A stretch of 64,000 bases of DNA, from positions 90,184 to 154,183 of the forward strand of contig JADFYE010000002.1 of the NCBI GenBank assembly GCA_015233195.1. The letters are read 5' to 3'. Both the position numbers and the translations under genes were made by a program. Position 1 is the stretch's first letter, and every line of letters starts with the position of its first letter. Origin of the DNA: Candidatus Omnitrophota bacterium (GTDB lineage: Bacteria > Omnitrophota > Gorgyraeia > Zapsychrales > Zapsychraceae). Shown here one piece after another: positions 20,060-31,900 of the stretch. Below the pieces are notes generated by a model. It ran no database searches, had not been told where the DNA came from, and saw only the letters and a list, made by a program, of their open reading frames with translations.

Positions 20060-20080
20060 GGGAGGGTTACAAACCCTCCC
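20060..20080 (-). terminator. GC-rich hairpin downstream of the autotransporter gene
   Basis: Stem gggagggtt (20060-20068) pairs with aaccctccc (20072-20080). A second hairpin, ccccgg/ccgggg, lies about 20 nt further downstream and is followed by a T-rich tract on the minus strand. Confidence 0.55.
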
Positions 20081-20109
20081 CTACGAAACAACGTCTGACT
20101 TCTTTCATC

Positions 20110-23100
20110 TTACCAGAATTTATAGAGCAGTTTTCCTGATCCATAAATACCTAAAAACTCATCTTCTATTTCTGTATCTCCAGTAACGACTATGGAAAGA
20201 TCATTTTTAAAATCAAAAGCCAATTGTCCTCCTAAATTATAACTGGTCTTATCTTTATCCGATCCATTAACCACAAATGGTCCGCCGCCGCCAGTATATC
20301 TCGAGGTGATTTTCAAATTATCATTAATAATATCTTTTAACCATGTGCCGTGAAATTCCGGAATAAAATTACCCCAGCTGAGTCCACGCATAGGAAAAGA
20401 GATACTCGCGCCCAAGCCCGACTGCAAATTATCATAATTCTGAGGATCTACCTTTAAATTCAAACCTCCGGCATCAGTCTCAGTATAACCAGCTATCCGG
20501 GTATGACTATACTGAAGTGAAGCTAACGGTGTAAACTCCAAACTACTCATAATATTAAAAGTATAACCAGTCCTTAAAGTACCATCATATTGCTGCCCAT
20601 CATATTGTGCTTTTGCTATCCTGTTTATCCCGCCGATATTAATATCCCGGCGACCATCATACCAGTTCCACGCGAACGCGCCTACACCGTCAATAAAGAA
20701 CGGAACTTCAACATTATGATATCCGGCGTATAAAGAACCTTGCGCGCTTTGAATATCTGTTCTTCCCTCATTAACTTCTGAATTAACTTGACCCATAGCA
20801 TAACCACCACTGCCGCCAAACATTATTGAATCAGTTACCTGCATTTCCTCACCAATAGCCGTGCCACCGTTCCAGGCTTTATACCCATCAATACCATGCA
20901 GCCTTTTTTGATTTAAATAACTGCCATAAGTTTTTCCCCAAGCCCTGCCGGATTTTTCGCAATCACCCGACGATAGCCCGCTATCAATATTTGACTGAAT
21001 TTTATTTAAACTTGCTTCAATTGCGTCAAGCTCTCGATTTATAATGTCTGCAGTACTTAATTTAGCTTTTTTTCTTTCATCATTCAAAGCTAGCTCAACC
21101 CTTTGTATTCTTTCAAAAGAAGTATTTATAAAATTACGAAGCGAAGTGCGGCTGACATTTAAAGCTCCCCCATCTACCGCCGGATAAACCGTATCCAACG
21201 CAGCAGTTACTTGGTCATCACTTAAACCATCAAGGGTAGTCAAAACATTAGCCATATCACTAGTAGGATTTGTAACATTATCTAAAGCAGCACCTGCAGC
21301 TCTAGCATTAGCATTAGACCCTAAACTACCAAATCCGTTTGCCATACGGCTAGCAGTTAAAATCAAATCCCCGCCTGAACTTGAAAGTGAAAATGTAGCT
21401 CTAGAACTATTATATGTAAGTGTCGGAATATTTACCCCTGATCCGCCGTTACCATCTATGATCGTAAACCTAGCATTATTCGGAACATACGCAGCAACAT
21501 TAACATCAACAATACTCGTACCTGAAACAACCGCTGCTGCAACAGACTCAACTTTACCAGAAGTTGAAACGCTATCAATTGTAACTTTGAGTTTTGATCC
21601 AGCAGCCTGAGTATAAACCCCTGCAGCAGTTGTTCCGATCCCTAATGAAAAGGTGTGAGCGCCTACATCCAAAACCGCGGTAGGATCTGCTGCTAGACTC
21701 AAATCTCCGTTAATCGTATGATTGCCGCTGAGCGTAACTGTACTTCCCGCCTTAATATTAGTAACTGAGGCATAAATATCATTATTTAAAGCCGTAGCTC
21801 CGTTAAAATTTACTGCAGCTAATTCTTTAACAGCGTCACCCATATCCCCGCCGGTTGATGTTGCTCCTAAAAACGTCAACGTACCTGTACCATCATTCGC
21901 TGTTGTAACCATGCTATGAATATTATGTCCGCTTGCAATTCTCAGTTCATTATTATCCTCAAACTCAACATTTTGCGCATTAATATCGCCGTCGATTGTA
22001 ACTGTTCCCTGTCCGCAATAAAGCGTGTTGACTGCTGAACCACTTATACCAATATTCCCTGTTGCTGAACCATCCCCGAGAAAAACAACATCTCCGGTAT
22101 TATTTCCAATAATTGTTCCGGTAAAATTTACCTCGTCAGTTAGCTCTAAATTATTTGATAAGTTATCCGATAAATCTACCGTTGTAATGTTTGAATCAAA
22201 GGTCAACCGCGCAACAGACCCGCCAGAGACATTTAAGTTATGAGCATAAACCAATTGTTCGAATTCCGCTGTCGCGCCTCCATTAACATTAATAGTCCCC
22301 ACATAATGGGCAGTATCCGCAACCCCTACATTTCCATCAATAACTGAAGATCCGTTTTGTACTGTTATGTTACCAGTATTGTTTGCAGTTATTCCTCCAG
22401 TCGTCAAATTAGCCCCGTTATCCAAAATCAAAGTACCATTATGACTACCAAAAGCTACATTAGAAATATTAGAACTTTCCTGCAATTTAACAACACCTTC
22501 ACCAGCACCAGATGCACCTGTAAAATTAAGATTCGAAGCATTAACCGCATGCACAAAAGTCGCAGTAGAACCTACACCCACTTGAGCGCTGATTGTTCCA
22601 ATCCTATGACCAGCATTTGCTCCTACAGTCCCATCAATTGTAGAATTACCTAACAGAGTCAAAGTGCCTGTATTAGTAGCTGAAATATTACCTGTCATAT
22701 TCGCGCCATCTGCCAAACGAAACTCACCATTATTAACACCAAAAGCTACATCTCCAGTTAAATTAGCGCCAGTTCCTAAAATAAATTTACCCGCAGCGTT
22801 TAAACTTACATTCGTTGGACTCGCAACACTGCCATTGGTTGCACCTTGCAATTCTACAGACCCAGTGCTGTTAATATTAAGCGCTTTAACAAAAAGATCA
22901 TCTTCAAAAATTACTTCTTTTCCTGCTGCTCCTTGCGCATCCACAGTTGCTAAACGATTTCCATCTGAGCCAACAGTTCCGGAAATAATTGATGACCCTA
23001 ACAACTCTAATGTTCCATGTGTTCCGATATCGTTAGTAGTGGTGATCGCGCCAGTTAAATTCACACCATCTTCAAGCGTTAAAATTCCATCATGTGTTCC

Positions 23101-24129
23101 AAAATCTACTGTTGTGATATCATTTACTCTACCCGCAGCATACTTTAATGTTATTTGCCCATCACCAGTAAAATCAAGATTTGAAGCATATATGTTAACA
23201 TTAAAATTAGAATTTGATCCGTTAGCGCCTGCTTCAATCGTATCCAACCTAGCAGTAGTACCCAAACCAATCGTCCCTGATCTGGCAGTAGTAGCAATCC
23301 CTATCTCACCTATAACATCAGTACTACCTTCCAGTTTCAACGTCCCAACATTATTAGCAGTAATACTTGAAACTTCTAAAGTTGTATCATCACCCATGCT
23401 TAACTTGCCATTATTACTACCAAATGCGACAGTTAAAATATCAGAATCGCCAGTTAATCTTACCTCACCTACATCACTAAAATTAAGGTTATTAGCATAT
23501 ACATTACTATTCAAAGTCGAAGTTGACGTATTTCCTATGCCAACATTAATATTATTAATACGCGTATTACTCGTAGCTTTACTTCCCACCACCCCATTTA
23601 TAGTATTATTTCCATTTAACGTTAAAGTACCCACATGATCTCCATTTACAAAAATTCCAGTTCCAGTACTTCCATCACCAAGCGTCAAATTAGTTGAGTC
23701 AGCCAAAATCAAATTACCGTTATAAGCACCAAAATCTATTTTATCAATATACTCATCGCCTTGAAGTCTTAAGGTGGTTGGCGCCGATGCTGTTATGACC
23801 CCAGAATAATCAAGTAGAGTCAGTCCCTGGGCCGCACTTCCAATATTGCCAATAATTAAAGACCCAGTATTGTTCGCATCTAACTCGGCTATCACTCCTG
23901 GGTTTGCAATATCTATTTCAATAATAGATTTAACCTCATTTGCCCCATTGTCTGTCTGATAAATCCCGGTAGCGTCCGTAGAGAAAATATCCGTATAAGT
24001 TAATCCGAACGTACCTGGATCCGATGCCCAGGTTTTTGTTTCACCAGCATTAATATCAACAGCTCTACTTATAGTTGGAATTAAAAAGATAGAAGATAAG
24101 ATAATAAATAAAGAAAGAAATTTTTTCAT
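20110..24129 (-). CDS. Autotransporter (type Va) with long repetitive passenger domain and C-terminal beta-barrel
   Basis: A signal peptide is followed by ~900 aa of degenerate ~90-100-aa G/N/T-rich repeats (e.g. NLNFTG...VAFGSHNGTLxLxDGANLTG...NNTGTLTLLGNSTIDGTVG). The ~280-aa C-terminal barrel ends in ...GKLLYKFW. Confidence 0.8.
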   Translation of the reverse strand: MKKFLSLFIILSSIFLIPTISRAVDINAGETKTWASDPGTFGLTYTDIFSTDATGIYQTDNGANEVKSIIEIDIANPGVIAELDANNTGSLIIGNIGSAAQGLTLLDYSGVITASAPTTLRLQGDEYIDKIDFGAYNGNLILADSTNLTLGDGSTGTGIFVNGDHVGTLTLNGNNTINGVVGSKATSNTRINNINVGIGNTSTSTLNSNVYANNLNFSDVGEVRLTGDSDILTVAFGSNNGKLSMGDDTTLEVSSITANNVGTLKLEGSTDVIGEIGIATTARSGTIGLGTTARLDTIEAGANGSNSNFNVNIYASNLDFTGDGQITLKYAAGRVNDITTVDFGTHDGILTLEDGVNLTGAITTTNDIGTHGTLELLGSSIISGTVGSDGNRLATVDAQGAAGKEVIFEDDLFVKALNINSTGSVELQGATNGSVASPTNVSLNAAGKFILGTGANLTGDVAFGVNNGEFRLADGANMTGNISATNTGTLTLLGNSTIDGTVGANAGHRIGTISAQVGVGSTATFVHAVNASNLNFTGASGAGEGVVKLQESSNISNVAFGSHNGTLILDNGANLTTGGITANNTGNITVQNGSSVIDGNVGVADTAHYVGTINVNGGATAEFEQLVYAHNLNVSGGSVARLTFDSNITTVDLSDNLSNNLELTDEVNFTGTIIGNNTGDVVFLGDGSATGNIGISGSAVNTLYCGQGTVTIDGDINAQNVEFEDNNELRIASGHNIHSMVTTANDGTGTLTFLGATSTGGDMGDAVKELAAVNFNGATALNNDIYASVTNIKAGSTVTLSGNHTINGDLSLAADPTAVLDVGAHTFSLGIGTTAAGVYTQAAGSKLKVTIDSVSTSGKVESVAAAVVSGTSIVDVNVAAYVPNNARFTIIDGNGGSGVNIPTLTYNSSRATFSLSSSGGDLILTASRMANGFGSLGSNANARAAGAALDNVTNPTSDMANVLTTLDGLSDDQVTAALDTVYPAVDGGALNVSRTSLRNFINTSFERIQRVELALNDERKKAKLSTADIINRELDAIEASLNKIQSNIDSGLSSGDCEKSGRAWGKTYGSYLNQKRLHGIDGYKAWNGGTAIGEEMQVTDSIMFGGSGGYAMGQVNSEVNEGRTDIQSAQGSLYAGYHNVEVPFFIDGVGAFAWNWYDGRRDINIGGINRIAKAQYDGQQYDGTLRTGYTFNIMSSLEFTPLASLQYSHTRIAGYTETDAGGLNLKVDPQNYDNLQSGLGASISFPMRGLSWGNFIPEFHGTWLKDIINDNLKITSRYTGGGGPFVVNGSDKDKTSYNLGGQLAFDFKNDLSIVVTGDTEIEDEFLGIYGSGKLLYKFW

Positions 24130-24251
24130 TCTACTCCCCCTTTAGAAAAGAATGATAAAGTTCAGGTCCGCCCAAACGCGAGCCCATATTATGTAGTTAT
24201 TTATATTATAGGAGGGATTTAAAAAAATTCATATTACGAAATGAAAAATTT

Positions 24252-25973
24252 TCACTTTGCATAAATCGCGCCATCCGCGAAAATTTTAAACTCTTTTAAC
24301 AATAATTTATCCTTTACTTCTGCCGCTTCATACAAACAATCTTGTTTCTTATTGAACCAAATAAAAAATACCGATTCTTTCTTTTTGATATCTTGTGCCA
24401 ATCGTTCCAAATCATCATTACGATAAAACTCCGTCGGACATTTATCCTTTTTGGGTGTTTTAAAAGTTGTTTTACCAGATAAACTATAAACAGCTTCCGG
24501 AACATTACTATATAATTCACCCTCCAACTTATTATTTCTCAACCATTTAAACAACTCAGACTCGCGATACACAATCACATTAAAACCGCCTGCACCATTA
24601 AGCAAAAATGTGGAAAATCTTTCTACCACCCTTACGCTGGAATAAATAAGAAAAATTATTACCAAACAATTTATTATAAGCGCGGCTCGTTTATAATTTT
24701 TTACTGCAGTTAAAAAGTTTACAATGCTTACAAACATCAGCAGAATTAATAATGGATATATAGGCGCGAGCAATCTATCCGTCACATTATAAGCAGTTTC
24801 TTTAGCCGAATAGATCGTCATAAAACCCAAATAAAATATAACCACAATCACGATCGATAAAATCCCATTCCCCTCGCTATTCGCGCGCTCTTTATTCTTT
24901 GAATAAAAATAAATATTTATGCAAACTAAAAATAAAATTACACCGCACAAAATAATTGACCTCAAAAATAACGGCACGCTTCCCGGTAAAATCCACAATG
25001 ACATAACATTCAAAAGACTTTTTACAGCCCGAGAAAATTCAAAAATATGTTCCGGAGCCCGAACTCCGGTCAAAGTGGCAGAAACCGCGTAATTGCGAAA
25101 CAGCCACATCCCAAATAAAACAGACGTAGCTATCGTAAACACTAACGCGTGATTTATATTCTCTCTAACCCCCTTACCTTTAGTTAAAAATAAAATACTA
25201 ATAAAACCAGCGCCTATAACAAATATTCCCGCGTATCTTTGCATGCACGCAAAAATAACAAATACCGTAGTAAAAAATAAATTGTGTGGGTTTGGTCTTT
25301 CCAAATATCTAGTCAAAGCTATGGCGAATAACAAAATAAACAAGGCAAACAAAATATCAGAATGGACAAACACTGAAGCTGTTAATAAAGGGGAAGATAA
25401 AAATATTGCCATTACCCCAGCAATAATATATAGAGAAGTTTTAACTTTTTTTTGTAATAATATGCCAGTAAAAAACACAATCAATCCAAAAGCTATAGCA
25501 TTAATCCATTGCGCAGCGATTAAAGTATTAACTCCCAATAAATAAAAAAAACCTAACAAAACCGAAAATAAAGGCGGCCAATCCACAAAATATGAACCAT
25601 TAAAAACTATCAGCCCTTTCCCTTTTACTAAATTCTCTCCAGCTGTTAAATAAAACATCGAATCCGAATTTACGCCCGGTCCATACTTTGAAGTTGCAAT
25701 TAATACAAGAATAACTGCGCATATACTCAAACCCGAAATAAACAATTCAATTTTATTTAAAATTATAGACCAGTATGCAACTAACCACACTCCAAATAAA
25801 AATATGAAAAATGAAAAAGCGATATCTATTTTTTGATAATAATGCTCGAGAGGATTAGTAAAAAAAATTTTAACAATACTATGCCCCCCAAAAAAATAAA
25901 AAACACAACAAAAAAGCAACGCGATAAACGCGGCAAATAAAAAATTAAATTTTTTTGAACAATATTTATCCAT
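24252..25973 (-). CDS. Polytopic membrane protein, possible GT-C glycosyltransferase
   Basis: At least 12 hydrophobic segments. An early loop motif (GPGVNSDSMFYLTAGENL) resembles the GT-C acidic loop. A soluble C-terminal domain follows. Confidence 0.5.
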   Translation of the reverse strand: MDKYCSKKFNFLFAAFIALLFCCVFYFFGGHSIVKIFFTNPLEHYYQKIDIAFSFFIFLFGVWLVAYWSIILNKIELFISGLSICAVILVLIATSKYGPGVNSDSMFYLTAGENLVKGKGLIVFNGSYFVDWPPLFSVLLGFFYLLGVNTLIAAQWINAIAFGLIVFFTGILLQKKVKTSLYIIAGVMAIFLSSPLLTASVFVHSDILFALFILLFAIALTRYLERPNPHNLFFTTVFVIFACMQRYAGIFVIGAGFISILFLTKGKGVRENINHALVFTIATSVLFGMWLFRNYAVSATLTGVRAPEHIFEFSRAVKSLLNVMSLWILPGSVPLFLRSIILCGVILFLVCINIYFYSKNKERANSEGNGILSIVIVVIFYLGFMTIYSAKETAYNVTDRLLAPIYPLLILLMFVSIVNFLTAVKNYKRAALIINCLVIIFLIYSSVRVVERFSTFLLNGAGGFNVIVYRESELFKWLRNNKLEGELYSNVPEAVYSLSGKTTFKTPKKDKCPTEFYRNDDLERLAQDIKKKESVFFIWFNKKQDCLYEAAEVKDKLLLKEFKIFADGAIYAK

Positions 25974-27526
25974 TATTTATGCAGCACGCTGTGTTTAATA
26001 CTATAAGAAAAGTAAACTATTATTCCGATAATAAGCCACACCACAAATCGTATCCAGGTGATCATGGGTAAGCTGGTCATAAGAAAAACGCAAGAAGCAA
26101 CTCCTAAGAGTGGAAAGATTGGATTAAATGGAACTTGAAAAGCGCGATGACGATGCGGTTCTTTTACCCGCAAAATAATAATACCAAAACACACCAGCAC
26201 AAATGCGAACAGTGTACCAATATTAGTCAGGTCTATCATTTCATCAATATTGGTAAAAGCGGCAATGGATGCGATTATCACACCAATAAAAATCGTCGAT
26301 ACATACGGAGTTTTAAATGTTTTATGCACTTTAGAAAACATGGTGGGCAGAAGCCCGTCGCGCGACATTGAGAAAAATATTCTGGACTGCCCAAGCTGTA
26401 AAACTAAGAGCACTGCTAACTGCGCGGCAATCGACCCAAATGCCACAATTATCGACGCCCAGCCTAAATTAATATGCTGCATAGCTAATGCTAAAGGTTC
26501 AGCTTTTTCATGCGCCAATGAAGTAGTCAACAATGAGTAAGGAATAATACCAGTGAATACCGCAGCGACCAGCATATAAATTATCGTGCACACGATCAAA
26601 GAACCGATAATCCCGATCGGCATGTCCCGTTTAGGATTACGGGTTTCTTCTGCCACAGTAGAAATACAATCAAATCCGATATAAGCAAAAAACGCGATAG
26701 CAGCGCCTGCTTTTATACCAGCAAATCCATTCGGCGCAAACGGCACCCAATTTTCCGGCTTAATATGCATCGCCCCAATTGTTATAAAAAATCCTAAAAC
26801 CAATAATTTAATAGCAACTATAAACATGTTGAATTTTGAACTCTCTTTAATCCCTATCACCAAAATAATGGTAAGAAAAAGCACAATCAAGCTCGCCGGT
26901 AAATTGCAAATGATAGGCACACCAAAAATATGCGGCGCGCCATTAACTGCCAGCCAAGCTTTTTGTAACGCAGGTGTTATTTGTTCAAAAGGTGTGCCAG
27001 TATTTAATAATTGAACTGCTTTATTGAAGCCCTGAAATGCAGAACGGTAATCCAGCGTAGACCAAGCAGGAAAATCAAAACCTAAACTGTGAAACAACCC
27101 GACAAAATAACTCGACCAGCTGATCGATACCGCAATACTCCCGACACAATATTCCAACATAAGATCCCAACCGATTATCCAAGCAACCAATTCACCAAAG
27201 GAAGCATAAGCATAAGTGTAGGCGCTGCCAGAAATCGGAACTAAAGAGGCAAATTCCGCGTAACATAAAGCCGCGAAACCGCAAGCCACCGCAGTCAAAG
27301 CAAAAGAAACAATCAAAGCTGGTCCAGCTCCCGGTCGAACCGCATCCCCCGCCACTGCTGTGCCTACAGTCGCAAAAATACCAGCGCCGATTATAACGCC
27401 TACCCCTAAAAGAATAAGCTCGAGCGGACCTAAAACTTTTTTTAAATGATTCTCTGAATGTTGGGCATCAGCGAGTATCGCGCTAAGGTCTTTAAGCTTG
27501 AAAAGTTTTTTTGAAAGATTTTTCAT
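25973..27526 (-). CDS. APC-superfamily amino acid permease (cationic amino acid transporter-like)
   Basis: 517 aa with ~14 TM segments. It has the N-terminal GVGVIIGAGIF motif and the FAYIGFD block typical of APC/CAT permeases. Confidence 0.85.
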   Translation of the reverse strand: MKNLSKKLFKLKDLSAILADAQHSENHLKKVLGPLELILLGVGVIIGAGIFATVGTAVAGDAVRPGAGPALIVSFALTAVACGFAALCYAEFASLVPISGSAYTYAYASFGELVAWIIGWDLMLEYCVGSIAVSISWSSYFVGLFHSLGFDFPAWSTLDYRSAFQGFNKAVQLLNTGTPFEQITPALQKAWLAVNGAPHIFGVPIICNLPASLIVLFLTIILVIGIKESSKFNMFIVAIKLLVLGFFITIGAMHIKPENWVPFAPNGFAGIKAGAAIAFFAYIGFDCISTVAEETRNPKRDMPIGIIGSLIVCTIIYMLVAAVFTGIIPYSLLTTSLAHEKAEPLALAMQHINLGWASIIVAFGSIAAQLAVLLVLQLGQSRIFFSMSRDGLLPTMFSKVHKTFKTPYVSTIFIGVIIASIAAFTNIDEMIDLTNIGTLFAFVLVCFGIIILRVKEPHRHRAFQVPFNPIFPLLGVASCVFLMTSLPMITWIRFVVWLIIGIIVYFSYSIKHSVLHK

Positions 27527-27665
27527 GCGTTAACAAATTAACGTTTAAATTAATGAGCCAACCACTCCGGCTTACGGTGAGATTGTACACAATGTAAATA
27601 TATTATAACTGATAAATATTTCAAACAAAAATATAAAAAATAGATAAATGTATTAAAATGATTTT

Positions 27666-28316
27666 ATGGAATTAGACCTGAAAAAAATATACGCCCATAG
27701 ATTTGAAGCTGACCTTGCCTTCCGCAAAAAAATGTGGGAAATTCTGTGCACTGACTTTTTCCAAAAATATATACCGCCCAATGCCCATGTGCTCGAAGTA
27801 GCTGCAGGATACTGCGAATTTATCAATCATATAAAATGCGAGAAAAAAACCGCGCTGGATCTAAATCCGGATATTAAAAAATTCGCTAACTCAGACGTAA
27901 AAACAATTTTATCAACTTCTACTAATATGGATCAGGTTCCAGACTCATCCTGTGACGTAGTGTTTGTTAGCAATTTTTTTGAACATCTAAGCAAACCTGA
28001 CATAGCTAAAACTATTCGAGAAATTTTTAGAGTTTTAAAAGTCAATGGACGTTTTCTGGTTCTGCAGCCAAACATCCGTTTATGCGTTAAAGATTATTGG
28101 AGTTTCTTCGACCACATTACACCGTTAGATGATAAAAGCTTGTCGGAAATATTGGAAGTAACCGGATTCAAAATCGTAGAAACCAAATTAAGATTTTTAC
28201 CCTTCACTATGAAAAGCAAGCTTCCTAAATCAACTTTCCTAATTCGTTGGTATTTAAAATTACCCTTAGCGCAATTTATTTTCGGAAAACAAACCTTCAT
28301 TTACGCGCAAAAATAA
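27666..28316 (+). CDS. Class I SAM-dependent methyltransferase
   Basis: Motif I-like VLEVAAGYCEF is present. An acidic residue follows beta-2 (ALDLNPD). The post-III block is LKVNGRFLVLQPN. Confidence 0.75.
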   Translation: MELDLKKIYAHRFEADLAFRKKMWEILCTDFFQKYIPPNAHVLEVAAGYCEFINHIKCEKKTALDLNPDIKKFANSDVKTILSTSTNMDQVPDSSCDVVFVSNFFEHLSKPDIAKTIREIFRVLKVNGRFLVLQPNIRLCVKDYWSFFDHITPLDDKSLSEILEVTGFKIVETKLRFLPFTMKSKLPKSTFLIRWYLKLPLAQFIFGKQTFIYAQK

Positions 28317-28892
28317 TTATCCGTGTATCTTTTTCAAAAGCCAAGCCATATTCTCGCCTAATATCTTCATGGTCAGCATGCCTTCTTCATCCTTGAGCAC
28401 GTCTCCGATTTCGCGACCTAAAGCAAAATTCCAATAAGAAGAGCTGGCTATCATTATTTCACTAATCGTAAAAAAATGATTAATAGTATCAAACGCATGG
28501 ATCGATCCCCCGCGACGGACAGCCGTTACAGCAGCACCTACTTTACGTCTAAACATTGAATCATTAGCGCGGCTGACCAAACAAGCCCGGTCGATCAAAG
28601 CTTTCATCTCAGACGAAACATCTGCAACATAGACCGGCGAACCAAGAATAATACCATCTGCGGTACGCATCTTCTCAATACACTCGTTGATAGGATCATC
28701 CTTGATCACACACTGATTATTTTTATTTTTGTAGCAACCATAACACGCGGTACACCCATGCACCGTCTGACCCGCCAACTGGATAAGTTCGCATTCAATC
28801 CCTTCTTTTTTCAACTCATCAAAAACTTTATTAATCAAAATCGCAGTGTTACCGTCTTTGCGACCGCTGCCGTTAATACCAATAACTTTCAT
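28317..28892 (-). CDS. Flavodoxin-like FMN reductase / iron-sulfur flavoprotein
   Basis: The FMN-binding N-terminus is MKVIGINGSGRKDGNT. A compact Cys cluster (HGCTACYGCYKNKNNQC) follows, then the SPVY motif. Confidence 0.75.
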   Translation of the reverse strand: MKVIGINGSGRKDGNTAILINKVFDELKKEGIECELIQLAGQTVHGCTACYGCYKNKNNQCVIKDDPINECIEKMRTADGIILGSPVYVADVSSEMKALIDRACLVSRANDSMFRRKVGAAVTAVRRGGSIHAFDTINHFFTISEIMIASSSYWNFALGREIGDVLKDEEGMLTMKILGENMAWLLKKIHG

Positions 28893-28904
28893 AAAACCTC
28901 CTCT

Positions 28905-31900
28905 TTACGCCGGAATTCTTACTTTAAAAACTGTACCTTTACCTAAAGAACTTTGAACCGTAATATCCCCTCCATGTTTCCTAATAATATTATATACAAT
29001 AGATAAACCAAGCCCTGTACCTGCTCCAACATCTTTCGTTGTAAAAAAAGGATCAAACACCCGCGGAATGTCGCTCTCCTGAATGCCTGACCCTGTATCA
29101 GCGACTTCAATAAAAACTGATCCGGATTTTAAATATGTACTAAGCGTGATCCTGCCTTGCTCCCCTATAGCTTCAGCTGCATTAACCAACAAATTTATAA
29201 AAACTTGTTCTAATTGACGAGGATAACACAAAACCTGCGGAAGCTCAGCATATTCTTTCACAATTTTAATTTTTTCTTTCAATATATTTTGAATGATGCT
29301 CAAAGCACGGTTGATCGCCTCATGTATATCAGCTTTTTGTTTTTCTTCTTTATCTTCCCTTACAAAAGTTCTTAGATCAAACACAATCCGTTTAACCCGC
29401 TCTGCTCCTTCATTAGTCTCAGTAATGAGCCGACGAAAATCAGAAAGAATATTTCCCATGTTTTGAGTATTCTGAAAATCTTTAATACCCAGCAAGGTAT
29501 CTTTAACTTGCGAAGAAAGTTCCCCCGGAAGAATAGATTCAAGATTATCATAAAGCTGTAGAACTTTTTCAATAGTTTCAGCATATCTATCAAGCACTGA
29601 AATATTCGCGATAATATAAGCCATGGGATTATTTATCTCGTGAGCAACACCTGCAGCCAGCCGACCCAGAGATGCCATCTTCTCTGCCTGCAACAACTGA
29701 TTGTTCACCTCTACTAATTCTTTTGTTCTCTTTTTAACCTCTTGTTCCAAATGCTGACGATATTGATTCAATTCATCTTCCGCTTGTTTACGCGCAGTAA
29801 TGTCATTAAACATTGTCAAATAACATTGCTCGTTATTAATAGTAATCACTTCGCCTGAAAAAAGACCAGTGTGAATTTTTCCATCTTTTGCCCGAATCAA
29901 ACACTCGAACGCATCAATAGAACCCTTTTCAGAAATAACTTTATATGCCTTGACCCTATCATTAATATCAACCCAAAGTTTTAAATCAAGTGACGTCTTA
30001 CCAATAACCTCTTCGTGCGAATATCCCATTAATTTAGTGAACGCATTATTTACATCAATGTATGCGCCATTCTTTACCTTTGATAAAGCCATTGATACTG
30101 GGTTCATTTGAAATGCCATAGCAAATTTCTCTTCGCTCTTACGCAAAGCTTCTTCCACCCTCTTACTCTCAGTAATATCCCGTATAACCCCGAATATTTG
30201 TTGCGGCGAACCATCTGGTGATCTTTTATAAATACATTCATGACTTTCCAGCCAACGCCACTCACCATTTTTATGTTTCATGCGATAGCTCAAATTAATT
30301 ATTTCATAATCCTTAGCTTGGCTATATTTCGGAATAGTATTTTTGTTATAAAAAACAAAATCTTCCGGATGCATCAAATTCTGAATAACAGTACTTCCAA
30401 ATTTATGTAATTCTTCAACCGTATAGCCAAGCACTCTCTGAATACCCTCATTAACATAAACATTTATTTTTTCTACTAGGTCATAAATAAAAACAATATC
30501 GGGATTTAAATTTACCAAAGATTCAATAAACTTCGTTCTCTCATATAATTTTTCTTCAACCACCTTGCGTTCTGTTATATCGTGTATAATACCAATCACG
30601 CCTATTATGTTTCCGTCAACATCCTTCTGTGGACCATAGGTAGAAGAAAACCAACCTAGTTTATTAGTTTGTTGTACATGATAACGCAACTGCACAGCTA
30701 CTACAGTTTCTCCTTTTAAAGCCCGCTCCAGCAATATATCTACACCCTGTTCGCGCAAATGAGGAAATAACTCTAAAGCATTCTTCCCTATAACCTTCTC
30801 CGCAGCCATACCAGTCAAACGCTCCATAGCAAAATTCCAAACTATATATTTTAATTGCCGGTCGTATACAATAATCCCTTCAGCAGCGTTTGATATAATC
30901 TGATCGGAAAATTGTTGTGCCTCTATTAATGATATAGTCTGTTTTTTAATTTCGTAATTTAGACGCTCTCTATGCGAAAGCACATACGAAAGATAAAGCG
31001 CGAGTAGTATAGTGAGGAACGCTCCTATAGGAAGAAAAAGCCAAGCAGCCAACAAATAATTTTTTTCAACATAAGCGGTGCTCGGAAAAAAATCAATTTC
31101 CCATTCACGTCCGGCAAAAGTAATTATCCGCACCGCATGCGGTGCAGGCGGAAATAGTGGCACATTTAAAAGTTTTAATTTTTCTTTACTTACAGGATGT
31201 TTATAAATCAACCGCTTTTCACCTGAAGCTGAAAGATCTATCAACTCAAAACCAACCTCATGCAAAGGCGAATGACCAAACGCTGCAGATAAGAACATAT
31301 CTATGCGGAAAATTGCCATTGAAAACCCTTGTATAGCAGCACGACGTTCTTCAACTGTTTTAGTCGGCAACCCTTTACCATAAACCGGAACTAAAATTGC
31401 AAAACCTGGTTTTAAAGCTGCTCCCACCAGTTTGATCTGTTCACTAGCAGTAGGCTCTCCAGTATCCAAAGCGCGTTGCAAAGCCGCTCTTCGTTCGGGG
31501 GTAGAACCAATATCAAATCCTAGCGCCTGTTGTGTCTCATTATCTATAGGCTCTACATAAAATATCGGAAAATACTTATCCCTATTTCCTACAGGAATTT
31601 TTTTATTTTTATCATCCCTCTCAAAAAACATAAAGTTAGAATTTATTTCTTTACGACCCTCGTCTTCAAAACGGTCCCGCTCTTTTGCTGGTACAACCGG
31701 CACCCATTCCAGCGCCCTAAGTTCACTACGATAAACAAAAAAAGAATTCATTAAAGCCGCAAACTCTTTCCGGTCAACATTACCGAACGTCTCAAAATAC
31801 CGGCTTAGAGACTTAGTAACCAGAATAGCCTCTTCCAAATCATGTTTTACCAACTCGACCAGGAGATTTATATCACTATCAAAACGGGTACGGAAAGATT

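Noticed and set aside
22664-23638. A 324-aa plus-strand ORF, plus smaller ones at 22025..22243 and 22357..22653.
   Set aside because: They lie entirely antisense to the autotransporter gene. The translations are low-complexity and rich in P/S/V/L. The minus-strand frame has a signal peptide, repeats and a barrel, so these are shadow ORFs caused by the repetitive codon pattern.
20110-24129. A possible CRISPR-like or other nucleotide tandem array, suggested by periodic sequence.
   Set aside because: The periodicity is at the protein-repeat level (~270-300 nt, degenerate) within one long ORF. There are no short identical direct repeats with unique spacers anywhere in the window.
27529-27546. 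The small palindrome cgttaacaaattaacg at the permease start, and the ~140-nt leader considered as a possible riboswitch.
   Set aside because: The leader is too short and AT-rich for any riboswitch class I know. The palindrome is only 6 bp per arm.
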